Positions 12,060 through 27,216 of a stretch of DNA of 64,000 bases are shown here, in pieces. The position numbers and the translations under genes are program-made. Origin of the DNA: Amoeboaphelidium protococcarum X5 (taxonomy: Eukaryota; Fungi; Aphelidiomycota); assembly GCA_023515725.1 (NCBI GenBank), contig JALDTO010000246.1, positions 62,001-126,000 on the forward strand, written 5' to 3'. Below the pieces are notes generated by a model. It was not told the DNA's origin. It searched no databases and saw only the letters and a list, made by a program, of their open reading frames with translations. Position 1 is the first letter of the stretch; every line of letters begins with the position of its first letter.

Positions 12060-13753
12060 TCAATTCTATGATGAGGCAATGTAGCTTTGTAGTCGATAAT
12101 AAAGATTCTGAATGATTAGCAAACCATTGACTACAGTCTTGATCCACACAAGATATATCCTGTGCAATATGATACTGACTCTGTTCAAAAGTTGGTTTTC
12201 AATCCACTAGCCAATTGAAGTGTTTACTGAGGATGTTACATCGAGTTTAGAATTACGCATTAACCATATGGCATCAAGCTGAGCAGTGACAAAATCTGCG
12301 GTACTACTAGCAGATAATTACTCGCAAATGTGCCGAGTCAAATCATTCGCTTTCAAAATCAGCAATAGTCTTCTGTCAATCTTACTCAGAGTCTACACAA
12401 TTTATGTTGCCTTCAGTCCAGCATTCGTCTTTATTTAAGCCTGCTCGACCGGAGACTTGGCTTTCAATAGATCTTGTGGATTAATAGATTCCCAATCCCT
12501 CGCTGTGATCATACAGCTAAGTACAATATACGCTTCACCATCAACTCCCAAATTAAACGCGGCTTACTTTATGCGTTCTTCATTGCCACTCATTAATTAC
12601 TACCATAGATTAGCATACCGCTCTCTGAACTCCATATCTAATTCCTAGTACAATCCATGATCAAGAAGAACTATTTGCTGACGACCATTAGCCAACTTCC
12701 TGACCATAATGTTTCCAGGATGTGCATCAGCGTGAACAAATCCATACTGAAAAGTCATTGTTGCAAATAAACGACACAGCGTCTAAGATAGCCATAAAGT
12801 ATCAATACCCTCAGCTTTGAGTTTTGTCACGTCAGATACTTTCAATCCATCTACAAATTCCATGCAGATAACACGTTCAGTAGCCCAATGTATTAGTGGT
12901 AAATGCATATTATGAGACTCTCCATCTTATTGCAGATACTGCCGCAATCTATCAGCATTTTATTATTCAAATCTGAAATCAAGTTCTTTGGGGAGATTAA
13001 GGCGCATCTCATTGGCCAGCCATTAGAACGGGAAATCTGGAAATACTCTTGATATAATAACAGCCACGGTTTGCACCAATTGAATGTCCAGATCTGAGTA
13101 ATATTCCACCTGCGGATGTTGGACCTTGACAGCGACTATTTGATCTGAATCTTTTAGCTTGGCCTTGTGCACCTGAGCCAAAGATGCAGATGCAATTGGT
13201 TGACGTGAGAACCAATCGAACAGCTAATCAATGGACTTGCCGGTGGAATGTAAAATCACTGACTAAACATCCTCATATACGATACGGAATCCGAAGACTG
13301 CGGACATGAATCTTAAAGCTGCGCCAAAGTTTAAGTATACTCTATCGGAAGCAGGTAGGTGAGACTGGACGCGTGTTGACCAAGCTTGATAAAAGCGCCG
13401 CCATTAGCTCGACACAGATCCAACATTTTTGCGGCAGATTACTGATGCACTTGTGATAGCTCCTACTCAGAGTAATCGCTCTTGCTAAACAATCGCTGAT
13501 AGTCCAAAGTAACAGAGACACAGCATGATATGACGCGTTAACATCTTCTTAAGATATCAAAGTATTGGGGAAGTTACTTATACACTGGCACCTTGACACC
13601 ATCATCACCTTGAAGATGCATGATTGAGTGAGATCTACCATTATTCAAATAAGCATAGCCAGCGACACCAAGTCCTACTCCAGCGGATATTCGCCATTTA
13701 GAGCGCATTCCTGGAAGTTGACCAAATCTCATAATATGACTAAATGATGTCAT
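12060..13753 (-). pseudogene. ABC1/UbiB atypical kinase (ADCK1/Mcp2-like) with a 14-nt frame disruption at ~13272-13291 (pseudogene or micro-intron)
   Basis: NGGAFIKLGQH, LQDSCPQSS, PIASASLAQVHKA, VAVKVQHP, FVHADAHPGNIMV, VLLDHGLY. The N- and C-terminal parts lie in different frames, offset by 14 nt. Confidence 0.8.
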
Positions 13754-13972
13754 TTTATTATAGCAATCACTGATTAACGTTTCAAATATTTATAAGATCG
13801 TCGGGTGAGAATGGCGAATGATTTTAACGAGCGAGTGAGTAAAGTTGAATGAAGTTACTGGAGAGCAATCGTCGAGTCGAATCAAGACGATATAAACCGT
13901 TAAAATACGCGCTAACTGTTTATATTGACTGCGCTTTACTATCGCTATAACTAATTGATATACTGCGGTATA

Positions 13973-16900
<2,928 letters not shown>

Positions 16901-16915
<15 letters not shown>

Positions 16916-16940
16916 TACTAGTTAAATGACATGATACTAG
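16901..16940. repeat. Tandem duplication of 19-bp AGTTAAATGACATGATACT overlapping the IleRS stop codon
   Basis: Two exact adjacent copies visible in the sequence. Confidence 0.85.
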
Positions 16941-16959
16941 ATTAGACAATTTACTTTAT

Positions 16960-17532
16960 TCAAGCGCGTTAACCACTTGCTTTTGAATTTTTGTTACCTG
17001 CCTTTGCTGCACCAGTAGACTTGGCAGTCGGTCGTTCAACAGGCGTTGTTCCACTCTTTCGGGCAACGATTTGACTCAGATCGGCAGTCTTGTTGATTCC
17101 ATTTCCCAGCGGCTTAGCATTGCCATCCTTATCAAACTTTTCCTTGTGAGTACCAGTGTACAGCGACGTATCAGTCAGCTTTTCAAACACTCCATCAGCC
17201 TCTGTCAGTGTGCCAGAAGTTGATGGAGCAGACTTGGCCACAAGCGCCAACACTTTCTAGTAGCCTCCATCATCAGCGCGAAATTTCTTCTCACTCAACT
17301 GCTTCAGGGCCTTCTGGAATTCAGCGAAATCAATACGACGCTCACCTTTGCGGACAACCTTCTTGAAAATAATATCCACATCAACGCTGGTGCACTTTTT
17401 GTCAATTATTCCACAATCGCGACACAATTTAGCAAATTTGGAATTGTCAATTGTTTCATGTTTCTCTGCACTTGAACCGCCAAAGTTGGCAAATTGCTCA
17501 AACGTTTATCGTACTCTTGTCAAGTCAGCCAT
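16960..17532 (-). CDS. TPPP/p25-alpha domain protein (tubulin polymerization promoting protein-like), 190 aa
   Basis: FEQFANFG...IDNSKFAKLCRDCGIIDKKCTSVDVDIIFKKV...RIDFAEFQKAL...KLTDTSLYTGTHKEKFD. Confidence 0.9.
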
Positions 17533-18042
17533 TCTCAATATACAGTAATACTGTTCAGTTGATTATTTTGCTCCTAGTTGATTAAATAAATTCGCAACTC
17601 TGTGATTAATAATAAGAATAAATTGGTAGCATGGTAACAAGTGAAGTTTACCAAGTTGATGGTGACATTTGATTGGTTTGCAATTTACCATCATTTGAAC
17701 ACACTCTAATGAAATGTTAATGTTCACTCAGCGTAGTTTAAATTACTTCAACAGAGCTGATATTTTAGACTTGCATAGCATAAAATTACAACCAAATTAA
17801 ACAGAAAAAAGAACAAGCACGGCTGATGGAGTAAGAGTGAACAATTAACATACTGTACAACCAAGTTGACGAATCAGAGATCTGCATTGAATTGAGAATT
17901 GGCTGACTGACGTGAAATTGTCGCGCGTGAAATTCTTTCCTGTTTCGTTTCTTTAAAAGTTCACACGTTTCTCTCTCTTTTGTTAAAATATTCTGTACGA
18001 TATATTCTGTAGCTATATTACTGTTCGTTAAGCCATATTTAA

Positions 18043-19713
18043 ATGGAAGGAGTAAAGGTATTGGGATCTGTTAGTGGGCAGCAATAGCAAGTGCTTAGCT
18101 CTGGTGCTCTGGATTTTGTGGTGAGATTGCACAGAACCTTCAATCCTCGCCGCTTGCAGTTGTTGCAGGCTAGACAGGTATGTCATTTGTTTTGATATCT
18201 TCCTTTAATACATGCTTAATAGTTTTATATGTAGGACCGTTAAAAAGAGTTGGATGCTGGAAAGTTGCCAAATTTTCTACCTCAAACTGAGTGGATAAGA
18301 ACTGACCCGACATGGCAGGGAGCAAAACTTGCACCAGGTCTTGCTGACAGAAGAGTTGAAATCACTGGTCCAGTTGATCGTAAGATGGTGATCAATGCTT
18401 TGAATGCTGGCTCTACACAGTTCATGGCTGACTTTGAAGATTCTACTGCACCGTCATGGGAAAACGTCATCAGCGGTCAGGTGAACATGAGAGATGCTGT
18501 AAATCGCACCATTGATTTCACTGCACCAAATGGAAAGGAGTACAAGTTGAGAACGGATGGTAAGATTGCCACTTTGCTGGTGCGTCCGCGTGGATGGCAC
18601 ATGGAGGAGAAGCATTTGCTGATTGATGGTAAGCCGTGCTCTGCCTCCCTGTTTGACTTTGGCATTTACTTTTATAATAATGCCAAGGCTGCCATTGATA
18701 ATGGATTCGGTCCATATTTCTACTTGCCAAAGATGGAGAGCCACTTGGAGGCTCGTCTGTGGAATGATGTGTTCAATATGGCACAGGATATTGTTGGTAT
18801 TCCAAGAGGCACCATCAGAGCCACTGTTCTGATTGAAACCATCTTGGCCGCCTTCGAGATGGAGGAGATTATTTATGAGCTGCGGGATCATTCTGCTGGT
18901 TTGAACTGTGGTCGTTGGGATTACATCTTTAGTGTGATTAAAAAGTTTAGAAATCACTCCAAGTTTATGTTGCCAGATCGTTCAGAGGTTGGTATGACTG
19001 TGCCATTTATGGATGCTTATGTCCGTCTATTGATCAAGACTTGTCATAAGAGAGGTGTCCATGCTATGGGTGGTATGGCTGCGTTCATTCCAATTAAGGA
19101 TAATGAGGCAAAGAACAAGGCTGCCATGGACAAGGTGAAGGCTGACAAGGAGCGTGAAGTGAGAGCAGGTCATGATGGTACCTGGGTGGCTCATCCTAAT
19201 CTGGTGAAGTTGGCTAGAGATATATTTGATAAACACATGCTGGGTCCTAATCAGATCCATGTGCGCCGTGAGGATGTGGTTGTTGGATAGAAGGATTTGC
19301 TGAACACGAGATTCAAGGGCTCTATCACCAACAATGGAATTCGTCAGAATGTGCATATTGCCCTGCAGTACATGGAGGCTTGGTTGCGCGGTGTTGGTTG
19401 CGTGCCTATTGACAATCTTATGGAAGATGCTGCCACGGCTGAGATTTCTCGTTCCCAACTGTGGTTCTGGGTGAAGCATAAGGCCAAGACCGTGGAGGGA
19501 ACTGTCATCACTCCTGCTGTGGTGAAGAAAGCTATTGATGATGAGATTGCGGATTTGAAGAAGGCTCTGGGTGGCAAGTATGCTCAGTCAAAGTTTGAAC
19601 GCGCAAAGGAGTATCTGTGGGCCACCTCTCAAGGTAAGGAGTATGCGGAGTTTTTGACCACGCAGATGTACGACGATCTGGTCAAGACTTCTGGTCCTAA
19701 ATCTATGCTATGA
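18043..19713 (+). CDS. MLS1: Malate synthase (glyoxylate cycle); one intron 18178-18234; C-terminal PTS1-like SML
   Basis: [82 protein letters not shown]. Confidence 0.97.
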
Positions 19714-19901
19714 TTAATTAAGAGTTTTACTAGCAGGAACGCGGCTTTGTATAATGAATTTAGTGGCAATAATTAAGGCAGATTATTATTATTATTACTG
19801 CTAAGTTTTACTTAATGCTTTATCATCAATTTGATGATCATTGACTGTTGTCGCTCTTCTTCATTTCCACTTTTAAAATAGAACTGACTGCGATAATAAA
19901 A

Positions 19902-20345
19902 ATGACTTCGAAATCGCCGCTTGTAGATATGCTCGACCGTATGGCTTTTCTAATACATTTATTATGATTTTTATTATACTGACAATGGGATTAACTTGTA
20001 GACAAAGTCCTGGTTATATTGAGAGATGGTAGAAAGTTGTCAGGCATTCTTCGATCGTATGACCAATACTCAAACTTGATTCTGATGGACACTAATGAGC
20101 GAATATACGCTGGTAAACAGTTTGCCGGTATTCCGAGAGGAGTTTTCGTGGTGAGAGGAGAGAATTTGGTGTTCATTGGCCGGTAGAAAGAGGGAGATGC
20201 GGATGAATAGGACGCTGTGGATGTAGACGACATTCTGGTACAGCTCTAAGTGGATCAAAGTAAGAAGACGCGTATTAGAGAGATCAAAGAGCGCGCACTA
20301 AAAGAGAATGGCTACGGCGTTGAGATGGAGCATGAGTAGTATTGA
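19902..20345 (+). CDS. LSM1: Sm-like protein Lsm1; intron 19939-20001
   Basis: LVDMLDHKVLVILRDGRKLSGILRSYDQYSNLILMDTNERIY...RGVFVVRGENLVFIG. Confidence 0.88.
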
Positions 20346-20432
20346 TTGATGTATATTAAGAATATCAAGTCATTTCACCTACTTAGGCTGCATTTTAGAA
20401 TTATATATTTACACATAGAGATTTCACATAGA

Positions 20433-21281
20433 TCATACGTTTAGAGCATCTATATTGCGATCAATGCGCTTCTTCTTGTAATCTTCACCATAGAGCTACA
20501 TCATGAAATTATTAATGGCGTTCATGTCAACTTCAGCCTTGGCTCTTGGACCCCAACTCCATTCAATTAATGCATTATCGTTCATCGCGTTTGTGTTCAA
20601 ACTCTGCCCCTTCTGCTTGGTCAAATATCCCATCTTGGTCCATTTTTCCATACAGACTTGATCAAACTTGCCAAACTGATCATGGATCTTGTGCCCTTGA
20701 ATGTTGGTAGAGAAGCCGAAGCGATGCAGCTGCTTGAATAGAGAGCTATCTGCAACAGAGCCACCATTGGCAAATATTAGCAATAAAATAAGAAAGAGAG
20801 CTCCATCCTAAGCCATCTGGTCATGCTAATTCTCCAGCAGAATAAGCTCTTGGAATTTAGCGTCAAGAGTAGACACCAAAATCCAGCTCTGAGCATTGTA
20901 ATTACCAGGCGCGACTTCAGTTGGTACTTTGACAGCTAGTTCACCAGGAGCAGCATTGGCTTACTACTATTACTACTGCTGCGAGGACTATCTTGCACTC
21001 GTTGACTATTCAGCCTACGCTTTAGGCTTGAAATCAACGAGCTACATTGCGAAAATCGCACGCAACTACCTCTGCACAGCTTCAAATATCGATTGAAACT
21101 CATTCTTGTCAAACTGAATTTTAAAAGCCAGTTCATCTCTACGAATGGCACCTCGTTTAGTCAGGACAAATCTCAGAAATCTAGCCACCTTGTCATCAAA
21201 TGTTCTCTCCTGACGATCCAGTGCATCCTGGTGCTCATCAAAAAATGGCTACTGTCTCACCTGCGAGGCTCTTCTTGGCAT
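20433..21281 (-). CDS. NSE3: MAGE-domain protein, Smc5/6 subunit Nse3-like, 282 aa
   Basis: QRQLRAIFAMQLV, SWILVSTL, GALFLIYLLIFANGGSV, KMGYL, WSWGPRAKAEV. Confidence 0.85.
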
Positions 21282-21470
21282 ATTTAGTTTATTACTTGTT
21301 ACAATCGAAGTAAGTCCCTCGATGCTTTATGTCCGACAGAGTTTAATACCTTTGCACAAAGCAAAAGTTGGTCCTACTTTTTGTCCTGGCGACGCGTTTC
21401 ACAGCGCCAGATGTATTCTCGTCCCTTTATATAAATAAAAAATCGTTCTTCTCATCGGCAAAAAAACACA

Positions 21471-22221
21471 ATGGATTACGACAGCAAGCTTGACGCCATT
21501 GAAAAGAAGATTGAAGAGTTGGAAACAGCGACGAATATAGGACTTTGGCCAAGAAGAACAGCGTTTGGTTTGTCAAAAACGCGACTGATGGCGAGAAAGC
21601 CGACTGGGAGCTACTGAGCTAAAGGCTTGCTAAGCTTGAGAAAGACAAGGAATTATACTTATAAGTTATTCATTCAAAGAATGCTCATGCAGTGAAGAAG
21701 GCGGATACCACTCGTAAATAGTACAAGAAAGATACGGCTATCAAGGATGAGAGATTGTTATTGTCGGATGTTGCAACTAAATTGTGGAAACGATTTGGTT
21801 TGCTGTAAGAATCTATAATTCACCATCGTTTGGCGATTTGATGAAGGCCACTGGATTCTTTCACAATGATTAGGTTCATCACTATTTCAGAAATAGGGAA
21901 TAGAATGCAGTTGAGTTAGATTAAATTAAAGAGTCATTATCCGAGCAGCAGTGGATCATGCTTATTGGGTTGAATTCTCGTGTCAATCACTCTTTGCACG
22001 ATACCTTGATTGAAAATGCGGATGGAAGTGTTCGGTTGGTGTTAGAGCATGAAATTTATCAAGATGGCGCTAAGCTCTTGGAAGATGTCGTAAAAACGCT
22101 TTATGGGCCAGAAAAAAGGTCGACATCTAATATGTTTCCAGTGATTCATATGAAAGCTCGATTTGAAGCGAACCAAAATATTGATTGCATCTTTTATCTG
22201 TGCACATTCTCCTTTGTATGA
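21471..22221 (+). pseudogene. Frameshifted coiled-coil protein gene of unknown function (Crinkler/effector-like architecture)
   Basis: MDYDSKLDAIEKKIEELE, shift near 21530, EYRTLAKK...RLAKLEKDKELYL...LSDVATKLWKRFG, shift near 21812, SPSFGDLMKA...WIMLIGLNSRVNHSLHD to TGA 22221. Confidence 0.55.
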
Positions 22222-22800
22222 TTCATCTTTAGCCTTTGCACCTTCGACCTTTGTACGATATCTCACCATTGTGCTTTTACTTTTGGTTCATTTACTGAAT
22301 CTATCTCGTGTTTTCTCAATCTTATCTAGCTTGATTGTTTTGGTTACTTAGTCTCAGTTTATTTGGCACATGAAGTCTCTAAGTGGGGCCATAAGTTATG
22401 TAACGCAACAAAATTGGAACCCTTCCCTTCGAACCAGCTTCAGCTCAAGTGATTTTAGGCGAATCTGATTGCATGTTTGGATAGAACTCGTCAAGCAGAA
22501 TCGATTGGCATCTATGCCAAATCATGAATAGACTTATGATGAGGAAATGCGTTTGTGCCAGCAGTGCTTGCTGAACGCCTCCTCTCAATTACGTACCGCA
22601 GAATTAGAGGACTCAAAGACCCACCCCTCTAGGTACAGTATATACTTTGGATAGATCTAAGGTATTTTATTGAATTTTGTATCAAATACAGTTGACTTTT
22701 CAAGCGTTTGAAAATTTTTAAAACCCGCCGGTGCGGCTACTATCATCTCCGGAAATGATTTTTTATTGAAAGTCTCTGGGATTGTGTGCTTACTGGTTGA

Positions 22801-23540
22801 ATGATGACACTGCATCAATAGTTGAAAGAGAATCATGATGTGATTTTGCTTGAGGATTTCATCTCCTAGGAACTGGAAGATGATATTCTTAATTTTGCCT
22901 AATAATTGTCCTCTTAATGGCAGCAGGTGAAAGACAGAAAAGTTGTAAGCGTGTCGTAATTCATCGGGATTCTGAATACATTTATGTGGTGTCTCCTTTA
23001 TGACTGAATGTAGTGCCATTTTGGATATGGATATAATTATGGCAATTTCAGTGTATTCAAAATGGATTAAGACTTGCCTGATTTTGCTCATCATATATTG
23101 CGGCGTCTGGAAGAGTTTGACGCGTCATTCCACAGTTTCAATCAAATGACCATTCAATAATATCCTACTAAAGCCGGACTAAGTAATTTCTTGCTTACTC
23201 GCAATATTCTTATTAGATTCCGTACAACCATTTTGTAGCTCCACATATTGATTCAGTAGAATATTTTGGAAATGAAATTGTTATAGTCTCTCTAGGATCG
23301 CATCTAATCATGGACTTTCATCCGGTAGATACTCAAACTAACAGGGAAGAAGTCAACGTGCCACTGAGACGACGCAGTCTACTTCTCATGAGAAACAAGC
23401 TGCGGTACAACTACAAGCATGGCTTCCGTGAACGATCGTCTGATCTCATCGACGGCGAGAGACTTCAACGCGAAACGAGAACAAGTTTGACGTTCAGAAA
23501 GGTGATAAAATACGATAACAATAATGATAGCACCAAATGA
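22801..23540 (+). CDS. AlkB-family 2OG-Fe(II) dioxygenase (ALKBH8 AlkB-domain-like); introns 22945-23013 and 23183-23238
   Basis: VILLEDFISQELED, RKVCHFGYGYNY, FNQMTIQQY...GLTPHID (HxD), IVSLGS, LRRRSLLLM...RYNYKHG, RTSLTFRKV. Confidence 0.85.
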
Positions 23541-23556
23541 ATGAATCAATGAATGG

Positions 23557-24320
23557 TCAGCAACAAACTTATGGATGATTTTACGTATAATCAATTTACT
23601 CTTACGTTTTGCATGTGGATTCTTCTATAGCTATGGTACTTTAATCAGAAGCAGAATTTTAGACATCTTAAGTATTACGCTTAACAAAGTTTGTAGACTG
23701 ATCTACGAGCTGACAGTACTTCTCCTGAACTTCGTCGTTGTCAATGTACAAACTCCAATCAATCAGCAACAAAAACTCCATTTCCAACGAATTCAACTCG
23801 GAAGTTGAGATGCCACCCACACGAGCATAATGCGTATTTGTGCAGTAAGAATCGCATAGAGCCTTGGCAGTGACAGTTACGCAGGCAATAATAAAACGGT
23901 GCACTGTCAGTGATGAAACTCGAAATCTACTAGGTGATGATGATGATGAGGGAGATGGCGAGCAAATTCGGTCGATATAAATGAGCATCATGAGCAGTAC
24001 ACTCTTCTCCAGGGATGCAAATTAAACAATTCTCTTGATGTACGATAGAATGGAGATTTGCGGAGGTGCACGAGAATGAAACCTGGTCAGCGACTCTTGA
24101 GTTACCGGAGTATTATCGTTGCATTAGCAGAGTTATTACAAAGCATCAGCCACAATTTGTTCAATAACTACAAATTTAAAATCGGGAAAATCAAATTAGA
24201 GCTAAATGGTCCAAATAAATTACCTTGAATTTCGCATTCGGAAAATGAAGAAGCCACCACTAGCAGCTCCTTACCAGAGTCTGGATAGGGCCGTTTATTA
24301 GATTCGTTTTGTCGTTACAT
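23557..24320 (-). CDS. PHO80: Pho80/Pcl-type cyclin; intron 24168-24223
   Basis: LTRFHSRAPPQISILSYIKRIVQFASLEK...MLIYIDR...SSLTVHRFII...KALCDSYCTNTHYARVGGISTSELNSLEMEFL. Confidence 0.9.
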
Positions 24321-24642
24321 TGTAAGAGAGAGGAAAGAAGGAAGAAAAGCAAATTAGGAGAGCGATGATTCGCAACCATTTATTCACAGTGACACTTGTG
24401 AAAGTGAGAGAGAGAGAGAGCTATTACGACGTTATAACACACGGTGCATATAACTGATCGGGCAAAAGACCATTTAATGTAAACTCGTTAAGAAGAAAGT
24501 AGATTAATAGAGCTTAATTTGCCCATACAATTTTCCCTTACAAGCGTTATAAGAGTAAAAGAACATATGTAAATAATGGAAACAAGTTAATGTTATACGC
24601 TACGCTATATTTGCTGCTGCAAAAAGTTCATAAATTCAATGC

Positions 24643-25175
24643 TCATTGAACATCTTCACGGATTGGCAGCTTCTCACCCCAGCCAGCCTCCATCTTACGG
24701 TCACTGTCACGCGGCTTACCAGAGTGACGGTCAAATTCTCTGCCCTTCACAGGCTGACCACCTTTCTGGCCGTGCTTGGCGTGATGAGCCTGACCACCTC
24801 TTCTGTCGTGATGTTCAGCCTTGTCTAATGGGATTTCGCCATCATCTACACGTTTAACACAATTTGGATTAATCAATCAATCAATCAATCAATCAACTTG
24901 GTTACAATAACAGCGCATAATCAAAACTTACCAGCAGCTGCGACAGGAGCATTAGAAGAAGTCTTGTAAAAATTGTCCTTCTTCTGCTTATTAGAGCCAT
25001 CACCGTTAGTGTTGGATGCCTACTAGGATCTGGTGGTAGCTTGAGCCTTGATCTTGGCAGCGTTCTCTGCCTTGGCCTACTTCTTCTACTGCTGGACACT
25101 CTACTACTCCTTCTTCATAACCTCCAGATTTCCTTCATCCAGAGCAGCGTACGGATTGCTAATTAATGAGGACAT
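24643..25175 (-). CDS. Short Stm1/SERBP1-like RNA-binding protein; intron 24846-24931
   Basis: N-terminal SNPYAALDE and C-terminal KGREFDRHSG...KMEAGWG motifs. Confidence 0.7.
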
Positions 25176-25508
25176 CTTTTTCGATATTGATGTTGTTGAT
25201 AAGTACTTTACTATTGTTCAACAGATGGTATTTACTGAGAATAAAATTGAGAGCGACGAGCGTTTTTAAATGGAACGCGAAAGAACGCGCATAGAGCTTT
25301 GAAGTCGTTGTTACTGATGTTACTCACTACACTACAGTGACGGGAAATAGCAATGGTAAAATCAACTATCTGCTTTGATTAATAGCGCTATTAGTTACAG
25401 CATTCAAATTTGCTCAAAAGGAAATTGAGCAATGGCAAAACAAGAAATCATGGTACTTTAATGATGCCGTTCCATTGTTCATGTAAACGAGATACCCAAG
25501 CATAGAAA

Positions 25509-26759
25509 TCAAGCCCAGTAACCAATTGCAGCCATAACTCCTGCTCCAAGCCACAAACTGAGAAACACAAACGATTTCTTAGCGATGGAATACGATGAGT
25601 ACGCCTTGCTATGTGTAATGTTGACAGTAATGAGATTGACAAGGGAGTCATAGAGCAAAATACCACCACTGAGGGACAAGAATACACCCGTGATTATAAG
25701 ATTCTCCGCAGAGTTTTAATTATATGATTGTGCAATACTAATACCAATCGCTTGTCCAATAGGGGTAGTAAGTGTGTAGAATAAAGCCATCAACAGAGGC
25801 TGTGTCATCGTGTCGAAGCCAGCTTCCAGAGCTGTAACCGAAAGGGCAGCACCTTCAAAAAACTGATGAAAACAGATCGCAACTAGGAGCGTTTTAAATT
25901 AATCACCACCAGTAACACCCAATGTAATACCCATTATAATACCGTGAGCAGCTAATCCCAACTCTAGTATATAGGCTGTGATCTTAGTGTGCTCATGATC
26001 AGTCTTAAAGAGAACATGATCCACTTCGCAACATCCATCGGAGTGGATATTTGTTGCAACGGCAAGCGCGTTCAATTCCAGTGGAGTTGCAGAGTTTCGA
26101 GTGTTATGCGCCGCGTGAGTCTTGCTATGTCCTGCTTGAGGAGGTTCATTAATCTGCTCAGTGGATTAGTAGTTCAGCGAAGACTGCCTTTAAAGAGGAA
26201 CTTTTACATTGCCAGCAGACTCAATATCATCACCACCGAATAGGCGAGAATTATTATTAATAGTATTCCCATTAGCAACGCTATTAGTGCCAGCTTAATG
26301 ATCGTGAGTCTCACACTCAGCGCCATGATCGTGTTTCTTCCCAAAATGATCAATTGCAATAGTCTGCACAAACTGAATGAGTAGTGTAGACAGCAACGCC
26401 AACACGCCGCCCCAAGCCTCGTAACTGAGAAACACTTCAGGTAGACATGGATTCTACAGTGTTGAAATACCTGGTACAAGTAAATGAATGTAGCCAGTTG
26501 CCAAAATCACACCCATTCCAAAGCCTTTGAGTAGAACATAGAAAAAGCTATTAATCTTTATAGCAGGACTCAACTTGGACACAACCTACAACACACAACA
26601 CGATTAAAAAGAAATTGAAATTAAAACTGTACACAGCCACATACTTACCGGAATTAAAGTGCCGAGAAAAGATACGGCCAGAACAATAAATATAGAGCCT
26701 ATGTGAAAGGCTAAATCAAAGTCCTCCACCGGTACTTATGAACAATCGTTTTCGGACAT
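25509..26759 (-). CDS. ZIP-family zinc/iron transporter (Zrt1-like); intron 26586-26648
   Basis: HIGSIFIVLAVSFLG, KGFGMGVILATGYIHL, His/Asp-rich loop, ILELGLAAHGIIMGITLG, AICFHQFFEGAAL, TTPIGQAIGI, MAAIGYWA. Confidence 0.92.
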
Positions 26760-27216
26760 TTTTTCAATCGCTATCCAGGAGTATTGAATTTGAGAAAATT
26801 TCTTATCAACTGCAAAGGAAGAGAAGAAAAGAATGTGGTGAACAATATATGGGCAATAAAAAACTCGGACCACAAATAAGGATGATGACGTGATTGTTAT
26901 TGTGAAACAAGATGATGGTCACTCTACTATTTTACTGTTACGGAATGGCTTTGTGGATCACGACATGGTGCAACTTAGTGGCTGAAGCGCGATCGAAAAT
27001 CCCCGTTGAATACATGATTGGCATCTGGTCAATCAGAGGCGTACTTTAGATTGGTTGTCTCTGTTTCAGGTTGCGCATTTACATCGATTGAGTGAATGAA
27101 AATTCCTGTTTCAAGCATTTTTCTCCCGCTTTTTTATCATCATAATATCACTCTTCATTGTTTTTATTTGGAAGTATAATATTCTGAATAAATATTGGAG
27201 AGAGAGAGAGAGAGTT

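Noticed and set aside
22370-22720. Possible structured ncRNA (RNase MRP/U3-like fragments)
   Set aside because: Motif fragments are partial and in the wrong order; needs an Infernal search.
22657-23094. 145-aa minus-strand ORF
   Set aside because: Lies opposite the spliced AlkB-like gene and has no recognisable motifs.
26641-26650. ATACTTACC resembling the U1 snRNA 5' end
   Set aside because: It is the reverse complement of the ZIP gene's GTAAGTAT splice donor.
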